Assembly: GCF_009931435.1 (NCBI RefSeq)
Contig: NZ_CP043414.1
DNA from: Escherichia coli
GTDB taxonomy: Bacteria > Pseudomonadota > Gammaproteobacteria > Enterobacterales > Enterobacteriaceae
Length of the DNA: 64,000 nucleotides
Strand: one strand, 5' to 3'
The notes under the pieces are model-generated. The model was given only the letters and a program-made list of their open reading frames with translations. It ran no database searches and had not been told where the DNA came from. This document shows, piece by piece, positions 21,505 to 34,068 of this stretch; positions within the stretch are counted from its first letter, which is position 1; every line of letters starts with the position of its first letter. The position numbers and the translations under genes were made by a program.

Positions 21505-22437
21505 TTAGTTTTCCAGTACTCGTGCGCCCGCCGTATCCAGCCGGCAAATATGAACAAAACCTTCCTGATTTTGCAGGTAGTTCTTACCCAACCAGTCGGC
21601 AACGCGCTGGGCGGTATCCGGCTTGTCACACAGAGCGAACAAAGTCGGGCCGGAGCCGGAGATACCGCTCGCTACCGCGCCGATTTCCGCGACCGCCTGC
21701 CGCGCCTGCCGGAAGCCTGGCAGTAACCGTTCACGGTAGGGTTCAGCGATAACATCTTTCATCAGCTTCGCGGCAAGCTCAGGCTGACGGGAATAGCAGG
21801 CGTGAATGAAGCCTGCCAGATGTCGCCCGTGCGCAATGCAATCCTGGCGGCGATACTGCGCCGGTAAAATCGCCCTGGCTTCTGCCGTCGAGACTTTAAT
21901 CCCCGGATACGCCAGAACCCACAGCCACTCATCAAACCCTGGCACTTGCTGGCTGATGATGTCGTTTTCTTCGATCATCAACTGCATACCACCAAGAAAA
22001 CACGGTGCCACGTTGTCGTAATGAATGCTGCCGGAGATACGCCCTTCCAGCTCGCCCATCAAAGCCAGCAAACGAGTGTCATTAAGCGGCTTGCCGCAGT
22101 GTTCATTCATCGCCATCAGCGCCGCGACCACCGAACAGGCACTGGAGCCTAAGCCCGAGCCGATCGGCATATTCTTTTCCAGCGTCATTGCCACTGGAAT
22201 TTGCTTGCCCAGCTCCTGGCAAAAACGCTCCCAGCACTGATAAACGATATTTTCCCGTGGTTCTGACGGCAGCTTATCGGCAAAACGTCCGAGATTGTTG
22301 AGACTGAATGTCTCTGCCGCCTCAACCGTGACTACATCTCCGAGCAATGCACCATCAACAGGTGTCACCGCCGCCCCGAGCACATCAAACCCGACGCTCA
22401 TATTGGCACTGGAAGCCGGGGCATAAACTTTAACCAT
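21505..22437 (-). CDS. thrB: homoserine kinase
   Basis: 310 aa [34 protein letters not shown]. Confidence 0.98.
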
Positions 22438-22438
22438 G

Positions 22439-24901
22439 TCAGACTCCTAACTTCCATGAGAGGGTACGTAGCAGATCGGCAAAGACACCAGCAGCTGTAA
22501 CGTCATTGCCCGCGCCATATCCGCGCAGAACCAACGGCAGCGGCTGATAATAGTGGCTATAGAAGGCCAGGGCGTTTTCGCCATTTTTCACTTTGAACAG
22601 CGGATCATTGCCATCCACTTCGGCAATCTTCACGCGGCAGATGCCATCTTCATCAATATTGCCAACATAGCGCAAAACTTTGCCCTCATCACGAGCCTTC
22701 GCCACGCGTGCGGCAAAGAGATCGTCGAGCTGTGACAGATTCGCCATAAAAGCTGCAACATCACCCTCTGCGTTAAACTCTGCGGGCAGCACAGGTTCAA
22801 TTTCAATATCCGCCAGTTCCAGTTCACGTCCCGTTTCACGGGCGAGAATCAATAGCTTACGCGCCACATCCATACCAGAAAGATCATCTCGCGGGTCCGG
22901 TTCGGTATAACCCATTTCCCGCGCCAGCGTGGTCGCCTCGGAGAAACTCATGCCTTCGTCTAACTTGCCGAAGATATAAGAAAGCGAACCGGAAAGAATG
23001 CCGGAGAACTTCATTAATTCATCACCTGCGTTGAGCAGATTTTGCAGGTTCTCAATAACCGGTAATCCAGCCCCAACGTTAGTGTCATAGAGGAATTTAC
23101 GCCGCGATTTTTCCGCCGCATAACGCAACTGATGGTAGTAATCCATCGACGAGGTGTTGGCCTTTTTGTTTGGCGTAACCACGTGGAAACCTTCGCGCAG
23201 GAAGTCAGCATACTGATCCGCCACCGCCTGGCTGGAGGTACAGTCGACAATCACCGGATTCAGCAAATGATATTCTTTCACCAGGCGAATTAAGCGCCCG
23301 AGGTTAAACGGCTCTTTGGCTTGCGCCAGTTCTTCCTGCCAGTTCTCCAGATTAAGGCCATGCACATTGGTGAGCAGAGCCTTTGAGTTGGCAACGCCGC
23401 AGACACGTAAGTCGATATGTTTATTCTTCAGCCAGCTTTGCTGGCGCTTCAGTTGCTCCAGCAGCGCACCGCCAACACCACCGACGCCAATCACAAACAC
23501 TTCGATAACCTGATCGGTATTGAACAGCATCTGGTGGGTAACGCGCACGCCAGTGGTCGCATCATCGTTATTTACCACGACAGAGATTGAGCGTTCAGAA
23601 GATCCCTGAGCAATGGCGACAATGTTGATATTGGCGCGGGCCAGCGCGGCAAAGAATTTCGCCGAGATCCCACGCAAGGTGCGCATACCATCACCTACCA
23701 CCGAGATAATGGCTAGCCGTTCCGTCACCGCCAGCGGCTCCAGCAAGCCTTCCTTCAGTTCAAGATAGAACTCTTCCTGCATCGCCCGTTCAGCTCGCAC
23801 ACAGTCGCTTTGTGGAACGCAGAAACTGATACTGTATTCAGAAGACGATTGCGTAATCAGCACCACTGAAATGCGAGCGCGTGACATCGCTGCAAAGACG
23901 CGCGCCGCCATGCCGACCATTCCTTTCATCCCCGGGCCGGAAACACTGAACATTGCCATATTATTCAGATTGGAAATGCCCTTGACCGGTAATTCGTCTT
24001 CATCACGGCTGGCGCCAATGAGCGTACCTGGTGCTTGAGGATTTCCGGTGTTTTTAATCAGGCAAGGGATCTGGAACTGAGCGATGGGGGTAATGGTGCG
24101 GGGGTGAAGAACTTTAGCGCCGAAGTAGGAAAGCTCCATCGCTTCCTGATAGGACATCGACTTCAACAACCTCGCATCGGGCACCTGACGCGGGTCGCAG
24201 GTATAGACCCCGTCAACGTCCGTCCAGATCTCGCAACAATCGGCGCGTAAACAGGCAGCCAGTACCGCGGCGGAGTAGTCGGAACCGTTACGTCCAAGCA
24301 CCACCAGTTCGCCTTTTTCATTACCGGCGGTGAAACCTGCCATCAGCACCATGTGGTCAGCCGGAATGCGGCTTGCCGCAATACGGCGGGTGGACTCAGC
24401 AATATCGACGGTAGATTCGAGGTAATGACCGACTGCCAGCAGTTTTTCGACCGGATCGATTACGGTAACGTTGTGACCACGCGCTTCTAACACGCCGGCC
24501 ATAATGGCGATCGACATTTTCTCGCCACGGCAAATCAGTGCCGCGTTGATGCTATCCGGGCACTGCCCTAACAAACTAATACCATGCAGGACATGTTTAA
24601 TTTGGGCAAATTCCTGGTCGACGAAAGTTTTCAGCTGCGCCAGCGGGAATCCCGGCTGAGCGGCGGCGAGTCCCGTCAGAAGTTCGGCAAAAATACGTTC
24701 GGCATCGCTGATATTGGGTAAAGCATCCTGGCCGCTAATCGTTTTTTCAATCATCGCCACCAGGTGGTTGGTGATTTTGGCAGGGGCAGAGAGGACGGTA
24801 GCCACCTGCCCCTGCCTGGCATTGCTTTCCAGAATATCGGCAACCCGCAGAAAACGTTCTGCATTTGCCACTGATGTACCGCCGAACTTCAACACTCGCA
24901 T
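22439..24901 (-). CDS. thrA: bifunctional aspartokinase I / homoserine dehydrogenase I
   Basis: 820 aa starting [31 protein letters not shown] (supplied ORF begins 14 codons upstream at an alternative start). Confidence 0.98.
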
Positions 24902-24926
24902 GGTTGTTACCTCGTTACCTTTGGTC

Positions 24927-24964
24927 GAAAAAAAAGCCCGCACTGTCAGGTGCGGGCTTTTTTC
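24927..24964 (-). terminator. thr operon attenuator terminator
   Basis: Minus-strand aaaaaagcccgcacctgacagtgcgggctttttttt hairpin plus U-tract between thrL and thrA. Confidence 0.85.
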
Positions 24965-24981
24965 TGTGTTTCCTGTACGCG

Positions 24982-25050
<69 letters not shown>

Positions 25051-25260
25051 TGTTGTGTACTCTGTAATTTTTATCTGTCTGTGCGCTATGCCTATATTGG
25101 TTAAAGTATTTAGTGACCTAAGTCAATAAAATTTTAATTTACTCACGGTAGGTAACCAGTTCAGAAGCTGCTGTCAGAGACTCTTTTTTTAATCCACACA
25201 GAGACATATTGCCCGTTGCAGTCAGAATGAAAAGCTGAAAAATACTTACTAAGGCGTTTT

Positions 25261-25947
25261 TTATTTGGTGATATTTTTTTCAATATCATGCAGCAAACGA
25301 TGCAACATTGCCGTGTCTCGTTGCTCTAAAAGCCCCAGCCGTTGTTGTAACCAGTCGACCAGTTTTGTGTCATCTGCCACTGCCAGGGTCGTCAGCAATG
25401 ACATGGCTCGTTCGCGTAAAGCTTGCAGTTGATGTTGGTCTGCCGTTGTGTCACTTTTGGCCGGTTGTTGTATTAATGTTGCTAATTGATAGCAATAAAC
25501 CATCACCGCCTGTCCCAGATTCAGCGAAGGATAATCTGCCACCATCGGGACACCAGTAAGAACGTCAGCCAAGGCTAACTCCTCGTTAGTCAGCCCGGAA
25601 TCTTCGCGACCAAACACCAGCGCTGCATGGCTCATCCACGAGGATTTTTCCTCTAACAGCGGCACCAGTTCCACCGGCGTGGCGTAGTAATGATATTTCG
25701 CCCGACTGCGTGCAGTGGTGGCGACAGTGAAGTCGACATCGTGTAACGATTCAGCCAGAGTTGGGAAAACTTTAATATTATCAATAATATCACCAGATCC
25801 ATGTGCGACCCAGCGGGTAGCTGGCTCCAGGTGTGCCTGACTATCGACAATTCGCAGCTCGCTAAACCCCATCGTTTTCATTGCCCGCGCCGCTGCCCCA
25901 ATATTTTCTGCTCTGGCGGGTGCGACCAGAATAATCGTTATACGCAT
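25261..25947 (-). CDS. lasT: SpoU-family RNA methyltransferase LasT (YjtD)
   Basis: 228 aa MRITIILVAPARAENIGAAARAMKTMGFSELRIVD. Confidence 0.93.
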   Translation of the reverse strand: MRITIILVAPARAENIGAAARAMKTMGFSELRIVDSQAHLEPATRWVAHGSGDIIDNIKVFPTLAESLHDVDFTVATTARSRAKYHYYATPVELVPLLEEKSSWMSHAALVFGREDSGLTNEELALADVLTGVPMVADYPSLNLGQAVMVYCYQLATLIQQPAKSDTTADQHQLQALRERAMSLLTTLAVADDTKLVDWLQQRLGLLEQRDTAMLHRLLHDIEKNITK

Positions 25948-26582
25948 ATTGTCACTCTTCTTGACCTAATAACCGCGCACAGGGTGATCATTGTCAACTT
26001 ATTACGCGGATCGAATTTACAAACCCTTAACGTAAGTCGCAGAAAAAGCCCTTCACTTAACTTAAAAAAGGCTAAACTATTTCCTGACTATACTAATGGT
26101 TGAATTGTTAAAAAATGCTACATATCCTTCTGTTTACTTAGGATAATTTTATAAAAAATAAATCTCGACAATTGGATTCACCACGTTTATTAGTTGTATG
26201 ATGCAACTAGTTGGATTATTAAAATAATGTGACGAAAGCTAGCATTTAGATACGATGATTTCATCAAACTGTTAACGTGCTACAATTGAACTTGATATAT
26301 GTCAACGAAGCGTAGTTTTATTGGGTGTCCGGCCCCTCTTAGCCTGTTATGTTGCTGTTAAAATGGTTAGGATGACAGCCGTTTTTGACACTGTCGGGTC
26401 CTGAGGGAAAGTACCCACGACCAAGCTAATGATGTTGTTGACGTTGATGGAAAGTGCATCAAGAACGCAATTACGTACTTTAGTCATGTTACGCCGATCA
26501 TGTTAATTTGCAGCATGCATCAGGCAGGTCAGGGACTTTTGTACTTCCTGTTTCGATTTAGTTGGCAATTTAGGTAGCAAAC

Positions 26583-27299
26583 ATGCAGACCCCGCACATT
26601 CTTATCGTTGAAGACGAGTTGGTAACACGCAACACGTTGAAAAGTATTTTCGAAGCGGAAGGCTATGATGTTTTCGAAGCGACAGATGGCGCGGAAATGC
26701 ATCAGATCCTCTCTGAATATGACATCAACCTGGTGATCATGGATATCAATCTGCCGGGTAAGAACGGTCTTCTGTTAGCGCGTGAACTGCGCGAGCAGGC
26801 GAATGTTGCGTTGATGTTCCTGACTGGCCGTGACAACGAAGTCGATAAAATTCTCGGCCTCGAAATCGGTGCAGATGACTACATCACCAAACCGTTCAAC
26901 CCACGTGAACTGACTATTCGTGCACGCAACCTGCTGTCTCGTACCATGAATCTGGGTACTGTCAGCGAAGAACGTCGTAGCGTTGAAAGCTACAAGTTCA
27001 ATGGTTGGGAACTGGACATCAACAGCCGTTCGCTGATCGGCCCTGATGGCGAGCAGTACAAGCTGCCGCGCAGCGAGTTCCGCGCCATGCTTCACTTCTG
27101 TGAAAACCCAGGCAAAATTCAGTCCCGTGCTGAACTGCTGAAGAAAATGACCGGCCGTGAGCTGAAACCGCACGACCGTACTGTAGACGTGACGATCCGC
27201 CGTATTCGTAAACATTTCGAATCTACGCCGGATACGCCGGAAATCATCGCCACCATTCACGGTGAAGGTTATCGCTTCTGCGGTGATCTGGAAGATTAA
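26583..27299 (+). CDS. arcA: aerobic respiration control response regulator ArcA
   Basis: 238 aa [41 protein letters not shown]. Confidence 0.98.
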
Positions 27300-27316
27300 T
27301 CGGCTTTACCACCGTC

Positions 27317-27348
27317 AAAAAAAACGGCGCTTTTTAGCGCCGTTTTTA
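27317..27348. terminator. bidirectional terminator between arcA and creD
   Basis: A-run, acggcgc-ttttta-gcgccgt hairpin, T-run. Confidence 0.75.
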
Positions 27349-27358
27349 TTTTTCAACC

Positions 27359-28711
27359 TTATTTCCAGATACGTAACTCATCGTCCGTTGTAACTTCTTT
27401 ACTGGCTTTCATTTTCGGCAGTGAAAACGCATACCAGTCGATATTACGGGTCACAAACATCATGCCGGCCAGCGCCACCACCAGCACACTGGTTCCCAAC
27501 AACAGCGCGCTATCGGCAGAGTTGAGCAGTCCCCACATCACACCATCCAGCAACAACAGCGCGAGGGTAAACAACATGCTGTTGCGCCAGCCTTTCAATA
27601 CCGCCTGCAAATAAATACCGTTCATTAACGCCCCAATCAGACTGGCGATTATCCATGCCACGGTAAAACCGGTATGTTCAGAAAGCGCCAGCAAGAGCAA
27701 ATAAAACATCACCAATGAAAGCCCCACCAGCAAATATTGCATTGGGTGTAAACGTTGCGCGGTGAGCGTTTCAAAAACAAAGAACGCCATAAAAGTCAGT
27801 GCAATCAGCAGAATGGCGTACTTAGTCGCACGGTCCGTTAATTGGTATTGATCGGCTGGCGTCGTCACTGCGACGCTAAACGCCGGGAAGTTTTCCCAGC
27901 CGGTATCATTACCTGAAGCAAAACGCTCACCGAGATTATTAGCAAACCAGCTGCTTTGCCATTGCGCCTGAAAACCAGACTCGCTGACTTCCCGTTTGGC
28001 TGGCAGAAAATCACCTAAAAAACTGGGATGCGGCCAGTTGCTGGTTAAGGTCATTTCGCTATTACGCCCGGCAGGCACCACAGAAAGATTGCCGGTACCG
28101 CTTAAATTCAGCGCCATATTCAGCTTCAGGTTCTGCTTCTGCCAGTCCCCTTCGGGTAAAGGGATATGCACGCCCTGCCCGCCTTGATCTAACCCGGTAC
28201 CGGGTTCAATGGTCAGCGCCGTTCCGTTAACGTCAGGTGCTTTCACCATACCTATACCGCGCGCATCCCCGACGCCAATCACAATAAATGGCTTGCCTAA
28301 GGTGATATTTGGCGCATTGAGTTCGCTAAGACGCGAAACATCAAAATCGGCTTTTAGCGTTAAATCACTGTGCCAGACCTGACCGGTATAAATCCCAATC
28401 TTGCGTTCTTCCACGTTCTGATTGCCATCAACCATCAATGACTCAGGTAACCAAAAATGGATAAAACTTCGTTTCCGCTCCACGGTTTTATCCTCTTCCT
28501 GCACCGTATAAAGCTCGGTCACAGGAATAGCGATGAGCGGCCCAACGAGTTTTTGCGGCCCGCTGGTACTTTGGCGAATCGCATCTTCCACATCGCTACG
28601 GTAATCGGCACGTTCGACAATCACCTGCCGAATCAGCATTATCGGAATCAACAACAGCAATACTGCAGCAAACAGGGTGGTCATTTTCCAGAACAGGGGG
28701 GATTTCAACAT
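27359..28711 (-). CDS. creD: inner membrane protein CreD
   Basis: 450 aa MLKSPLFWKMTTLFAAVLLLLIPIMLIRQ. Confidence 0.93.
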   Translation of the reverse strand: MLKSPLFWKMTTLFAAVLLLLIPIMLIRQVIVERADYRSDVEDAIRQSTSGPQKLVGPLIAIPVTELYTVQEEDKTVERKRSFIHFWLPESLMVDGNQNVEERKIGIYTGQVWHSDLTLKADFDVSRLSELNAPNITLGKPFIVIGVGDARGIGMVKAPDVNGTALTIEPGTGLDQGGQGVHIPLPEGDWQKQNLKLNMALNLSGTGNLSVVPAGRNSEMTLTSNWPHPSFLGDFLPAKREVSESGFQAQWQSSWFANNLGERFASGNDTGWENFPAFSVAVTTPADQYQLTDRATKYAILLIALTFMAFFVFETLTAQRLHPMQYLLVGLSLVMFYLLLLALSEHTGFTVAWIIASLIGALMNGIYLQAVLKGWRNSMLFTLALLLLDGVMWGLLNSADSALLLGTSVLVVALAGMMFVTRNIDWYAFSLPKMKASKEVTTDDELRIWK

Positions 28712-28768
28712 AGTCTTCTCCTTTGCAATGACCGCAGGTTACAAAGGCTATGTGGGTAGAATTTGAAG

Positions 28769-30193
28769 CTATGTGAAGTGACGGTGAAGTCGAAGCGAAG
28801 CCAGCACACCGCCTTGTGGCACGTTGCACAGTGTGACTTCGCCATTAAGCAAACGGGCAACCTCACTGACGAACGCCAACCCCAGACCACTACTTTTTTG
28901 CCCATTCGCACGCGGCAAAGAGTAAAAGCGCTCAAAAACACGCGACAGGGCGTAGTCAGGAATACCACTACCGGTATCCAGCACCTTAAGCGTAACGTGT
29001 TCATGATCCACTTCAGCGCTTAGCGTTATGCTACCGCCCTCGGGGGTAAAATCGATGGCGTTATCCAGTAAATTCCCCAGCGCCTGCTCCAGTAACGCCG
29101 ATTCAGCAGCAACGTTAACCTCGGTGGGCATAACATGTAGAGTGATGTTTTTTTCCGCCAACTGCACGGTGCGCGCTTCGCTGATGCGGCGAAATAATGC
29201 CGTCACATCAACAGCAGTCAGAACGACTTCCTGACGATTCTCCAGTCTTGCCTGGCGTAGTAACGTTTCCACCAGCGCCTGCATTCGCGCATTTTGTGTC
29301 AGAATGTTGTCAGTAAAACGAGCCACCACTTCCGGCGGCGGACCTTCGCGTAAAATTTCCGCCGCACCACGAATCGCCGCCAGTGGGCTTTTTAGCTCAT
29401 GAGTTAACGCATAAACATACTGCTCAATATAGTTTTTCCCTTCCAGCTTCACGCGCATACTTTCCAGCGCCTGCGCGAGTTTACGCAGCTCGCTACTACC
29501 GAGATCGGGGAGAGGAACGGGCTTATTGTCAGTGACAGAATCAGCATAGCGAGTGAGCCGGGCAATGGAGCGGTTGATCCACCAAACCATGCCTGCGCCA
29601 ATCACCAGTGCAATCCCCAACAAAATGGCGCTGGCCCATAAAATTCGCCGCTCGCTGCGCTTAATGACCGGAGCCATCGCCGCGTTCGGTTTGCCTACGC
29701 TCAAAACGCCAATAAGCCGCGAGCCGTCCATAATTGGCGCGGCAACATACATCACAGAACTTTCGGGATCGTCAGGATTTTGCAACGTGCTGCGCGCACC
29801 ATACTGACCACGCAACGTTAGCCAGACGTCATTCCAGCGCGAGTAATCCTGTCCAACGGCTTTATTTGCCGAATCGAACAATACTTTGCCCTGCGCATCA
29901 GTCATGTAGACATGATATTCATTGCGCACTTTGTGAATGCCACCGATATTGGCGCGAAACGGGCGATGTTGTAGCTGATTAAACGCCTGCGCCAGTTGCC
30001 CATGCGTTGGGTCCCCAGAGAGCAAATCGGGACGCGCCAGCTCCGCCAGCAACGTTGCGGTGTCGATCAACGTTCCCTCCGTTGCTCTTCGCACGCCCGG
30101 TTTAACTTCTTTGACAAAAATTGCCAGTACGAACCAGGCCGCCACTGCCACCAGTAAAAAATAGCCCAGCAACAACCTCATGCCGATACGCAT
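28769..30193 (-). CDS. creC: sensor histidine kinase CreC
   Basis: 474 aa, two TM segments, H-box ALTHELKSPLAAIRGAAEIL and ATP-binding domain. Confidence 0.93.
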   Translation of the reverse strand: MRIGMRLLLGYFLLVAVAAWFVLAIFVKEVKPGVRRATEGTLIDTATLLAELARPDLLSGDPTHGQLAQAFNQLQHRPFRANIGGIHKVRNEYHVYMTDAQGKVLFDSANKAVGQDYSRWNDVWLTLRGQYGARSTLQNPDDPESSVMYVAAPIMDGSRLIGVLSVGKPNAAMAPVIKRSERRILWASAILLGIALVIGAGMVWWINRSIARLTRYADSVTDNKPVPLPDLGSSELRKLAQALESMRVKLEGKNYIEQYVYALTHELKSPLAAIRGAAEILREGPPPEVVARFTDNILTQNARMQALVETLLRQARLENRQEVVLTAVDVTALFRRISEARTVQLAEKNITLHVMPTEVNVAAESALLEQALGNLLDNAIDFTPEGGSITLSAEVDHEHVTLKVLDTGSGIPDYALSRVFERFYSLPRANGQKSSGLGLAFVSEVARLLNGEVTLCNVPQGGVLASLRLHRHFT

Positions 30194-30882
30194 CACAGTC
30201 CCCTCAGGCTATATCCCATGCCGCGATGAGTATTAATCGGGGAAAGATCGGGGTTAATGGCGCGCAGCTTGGCACGCAGCGTTTTAATGTGGGTATCGAC
30301 GGTGCGATCGTAGGTGTCCTGCGCATCTTCCCACACGCTATCCATCAGTTGCTGGCGGGACCAGACGCGGCCCGGCGACTTGAGTAATGTTTTCAGCAGC
30401 AAAAACTCATACCGCGTCAGCGTTAATGGCGTGTCAAACCAGCTAATCTGCGCCGCAGGTTCATTCAATTCAAAATGACCAATACGGATAACGGGAGACG
30501 GCGTCGAGAACTTCCTCACCCGACGCAGTAAGGTGCGCACTCTGGCGCACACTTCGCGAGGTGAAAACGGTTTAGCCACGTAGTCGTCAGCGCCAATTTC
30601 CAGCCCAAGCAGGCGATCGACCTCTTCACTTCGGGCCGTCAGGAACAGTACAGGTAACGCCGGATGGAGCGCCAGTAACTGGCGGCACAATTCAAAGCCG
30701 CTGATATCAGGCAAACCAACATCGAGAATCATGACATCGGGAACCTGCTGGCGAGCTTTATCCAGCACCGGCAAGCCTCGCTCAAAGAGCTCGACGTCAA
30801 AACCTTCCTGCTGCAACATGTAGACCAGCGTGTCGGCTATCCCTTGCTCGTCTTCTACTAACCAGACCGTTTCCCGTTGCAT
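30193..30882 (-). CDS. creB: response regulator CreB
   Basis: 229 aa OmpR-family receiver plus winged-helix domain. Confidence 0.93.
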   Translation of the reverse strand: MQRETVWLVEDEQGIADTLVYMLQQEGFDVELFERGLPVLDKARQQVPDVMILDVGLPDISGFELCRQLLALHPALPVLFLTARSEEVDRLLGLEIGADDYVAKPFSPREVCARVRTLLRRVRKFSTPSPVIRIGHFELNEPAAQISWFDTPLTLTRYEFLLLKTLLKSPGRVWSRQQLMDSVWEDAQDTYDRTVDTHIKTLRAKLRAINPDLSPINTHRGMGYSLRGL

Positions 30883-30894
30883 AGATCGCCTCTG

Positions 30895-31368
30895 TTATTG
30901 CCGCCACGGCATGACAGGAACCGCGCTAATCGCATTTTTCGGCGAACCTTCTACAACTTTGTCGGAGTAAGCCAGGTAAGCGAGCGCGTTGCGTTTAGCG
31001 TCATAAAAGCGTACGACCTGTAACGACTTAAAGACCAACGACGTGCGTTTTTTGAATACTACCTCGCCCTGAGCTTTGCCGTTTTTAATGCGATCTGACA
31101 GTTCAATCGGCCCGACTTGCTGACAAGAAATAGCCGCATCGGAAGTATCTTCCGCCAGGCCCAATCCCCCTTTAATACCGCCGGTTTTCGCCCGGCTCAC
31201 ATAGCAGGTGACATTTTTCACATCGGGATCGTCAAAGGCTTCCACAACAATTTTGTGATCAGGGCCGATCATTTTAAATACAGTGTCGACCGAACCAATC
31301 TCTTCTGCATGAGCCAACGGCCCCAGCATTATCAGGCTTAAAGACAGAATCAAATGCTTGTATTTCAT
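30895..31368 (-). CDS. creA: periplasmic protein CreA
   Basis: 157 aa with signal peptide [21 protein letters not shown]. Confidence 0.9.
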
Positions 31369-31578
31369 ATTGTTACCATTTTTATCTATTACATGAGCAA
31401 TTAGTTCACCACGATAAATAACATATTGATTAAGAACAAAATCTCAATACTTTTATTTCCGTCAAGACCTAAAACATACTCGACTAAGAAAAAAACACTG
31501 AATGCTAAAACAGCAAAAAATGCTATTATCCAATTACCTGATGTCAGGTGCTCGTTGTTGAAAGGATGAGGATATTTT

Positions 31579-32448
31579 ATGGATCAGGCCGGCATTATTC
31601 GCGACCTTTTAATCTGGCTGGAAGGTCATCTGGATCAGCCCCTGTCGCTCGACAATGTAGCGGCGAAAGCAGGTTATTCCAAGTGGCACTTACAGAGAAT
31701 GTTTAAAGATGTCACTGGTCATGCTATTGGCGCGTATATTCGTGCTCGTCGTTTGTCGAAATCGGCGGTCGCACTACGCCTGACTGCGCGTCCGATTCTG
31801 GATATCGCGCTGCAATACCGCTTCGACTCTCAACAGACATTTACTCGCGCATTCAAGAAGCAGTTTGCCCAAACTCCTGCTCTTTACCGCCGTTCTCCTG
31901 AATGGAGCGCCTTTGGTATTCGCCCGCCGCTGCGTCTGGGTGAATTCACCATGCCAGAGCACAAATTTGTCACCCTGGAAGATACGCCGCTGATTGGTGT
32001 TACCCAGAGTTACTCCTGTTCGCTGGAACAAATCTCTGATTTCCGCCATGAAATGCGTTATCAGTTCTGGCACGATTTTCTTGGCAACGCGCCGAGCATT
32101 CCGCCTGTGCTCTACGGCCTGAATGAAACGCGTCCGAGCCAGGATAAAGACGACGAGCAAGAGGTGTTCTATACCACCGCATTAGCCCAGGATCAGGCAG
32201 ATGGCTATGTATTGACCGGGCATCCTGTGATGCTGCAAGGCGGTGAATATGTGATGTTTACCTATGAAGGTCTGGGAACAGGCGTGCAGGAGTTTATCCT
32301 GACGGTATACGGAACGTGCATGCCAATGCTTAACCTGACGCGCCGTAAAGGTCAGGATATTGAGCGATACTACCCGGCAGAAGATGCCAAAGCGGGAGAT
32401 CGCCCAATTAATCTGCGCTGTGAACTGCTGATTCCGATCCGTCGTTAA
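31579..32448 (+). CDS. rob: AraC/XylS-family regulator Rob (right origin-binding protein)
   Basis: 289 aa MDQAGIIRDLLIWLEGHLDQPLSLDNVAAKAGYSKWHLQRMF. Confidence 0.97.
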   Translation: MDQAGIIRDLLIWLEGHLDQPLSLDNVAAKAGYSKWHLQRMFKDVTGHAIGAYIRARRLSKSAVALRLTARPILDIALQYRFDSQQTFTRAFKKQFAQTPALYRRSPEWSAFGIRPPLRLGEFTMPEHKFVTLEDTPLIGVTQSYSCSLEQISDFRHEMRYQFWHDFLGNAPSIPPVLYGLNETRPSQDKDDEQEVFYTTALAQDQADGYVLTGHPVMLQGGEYVMFTYEGLGTGVQEFILTVYGTCMPMLNLTRRKGQDIERYYPAEDAKAGDRPINLRCELLIPIRR

Positions 32449-33092
32449 CGCTGCAGCTCATCTAATGCAGGGGCGTCCAGATGCGAGATGTCCCCTGCGG
32501 TTTCAACCACCCAGCCAGACGCCAGCCACAAGCTTTCCTGATAATCCACGCGCGAAATAGAACAGTTACGCAGACGTAAGCGACGCTCTGCCCATGCTGG
32601 TAATCCGAGAATCGTACTCACCAGGCATCCCAGTGCAATACCGTGGCTCACCAGCAGCGGTCGGCTTCCCTGCGGTAATTCCCGACAAGATTCCAGTGCC
32701 GCATTGACACGATCGCTGAGCTCCTGCATAGACTCGCCTTCAGGAATACGTCCGTCGACAGTGCCATTGACCAGTTGGCGACGCCAGTTTTCTTCTTCTT
32801 CGGTGAGTGAATCGATATTTCTTGTTTCCAGTACACCCATATTTAATTCACGCAGGCGAGAATCAAAGATGATGTCACAGCCGCAGGCCTGGGCGATGAT
32901 TTCCGCCGTGCGGCGGGTGCGCCCTAAATCGCTACTGATGATATGCGTAATGCCAAGCTCTTTGGCACGGGTCGCCACCTGCATCGCCTGTTGCTCACCT
33001 TTGGCAGTCAGCGGGCTGTCAGACTGGCCCTGAATACGTCGCTCGGCGTTCCACTGCGTTTCACCGTGGCGGACTAGGTATACCTGTAACAT
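32445..33092 (-). CDS. gpmB: histidine-phosphatase family protein GpmB (YtjC)
   Basis: 215 aa MLQVYLVRHGETQWNAERRIQGQSDSPLT. Confidence 0.93.
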   Translation of the reverse strand: MLQVYLVRHGETQWNAERRIQGQSDSPLTAKGEQQAMQVATRAKELGITHIISSDLGRTRRTAEIIAQACGCDIIFDSRLRELNMGVLETRNIDSLTEEEENWRRQLVNGTVDGRIPEGESMQELSDRVNAALESCRELPQGSRPLLVSHGIALGCLVSTILGLPAWAERRLRLRNCSISRVDYQESLWLASGWVVETAGDISHLDAPALDELQR

Positions 33093-33131
33093 GCTTTTTT
33101 TCCGTATACTGCTGTAACGTTAATTTTCTGA

Positions 33132-33994
<863 letters not shown>

Positions 33995-34068
33995 TTAGCG
34001 GGGGAAGCAAAATGCCTCCCCCGGTTGTACTCGCTAAAGAGTACGATAGCATATCATAAACGTGCGGA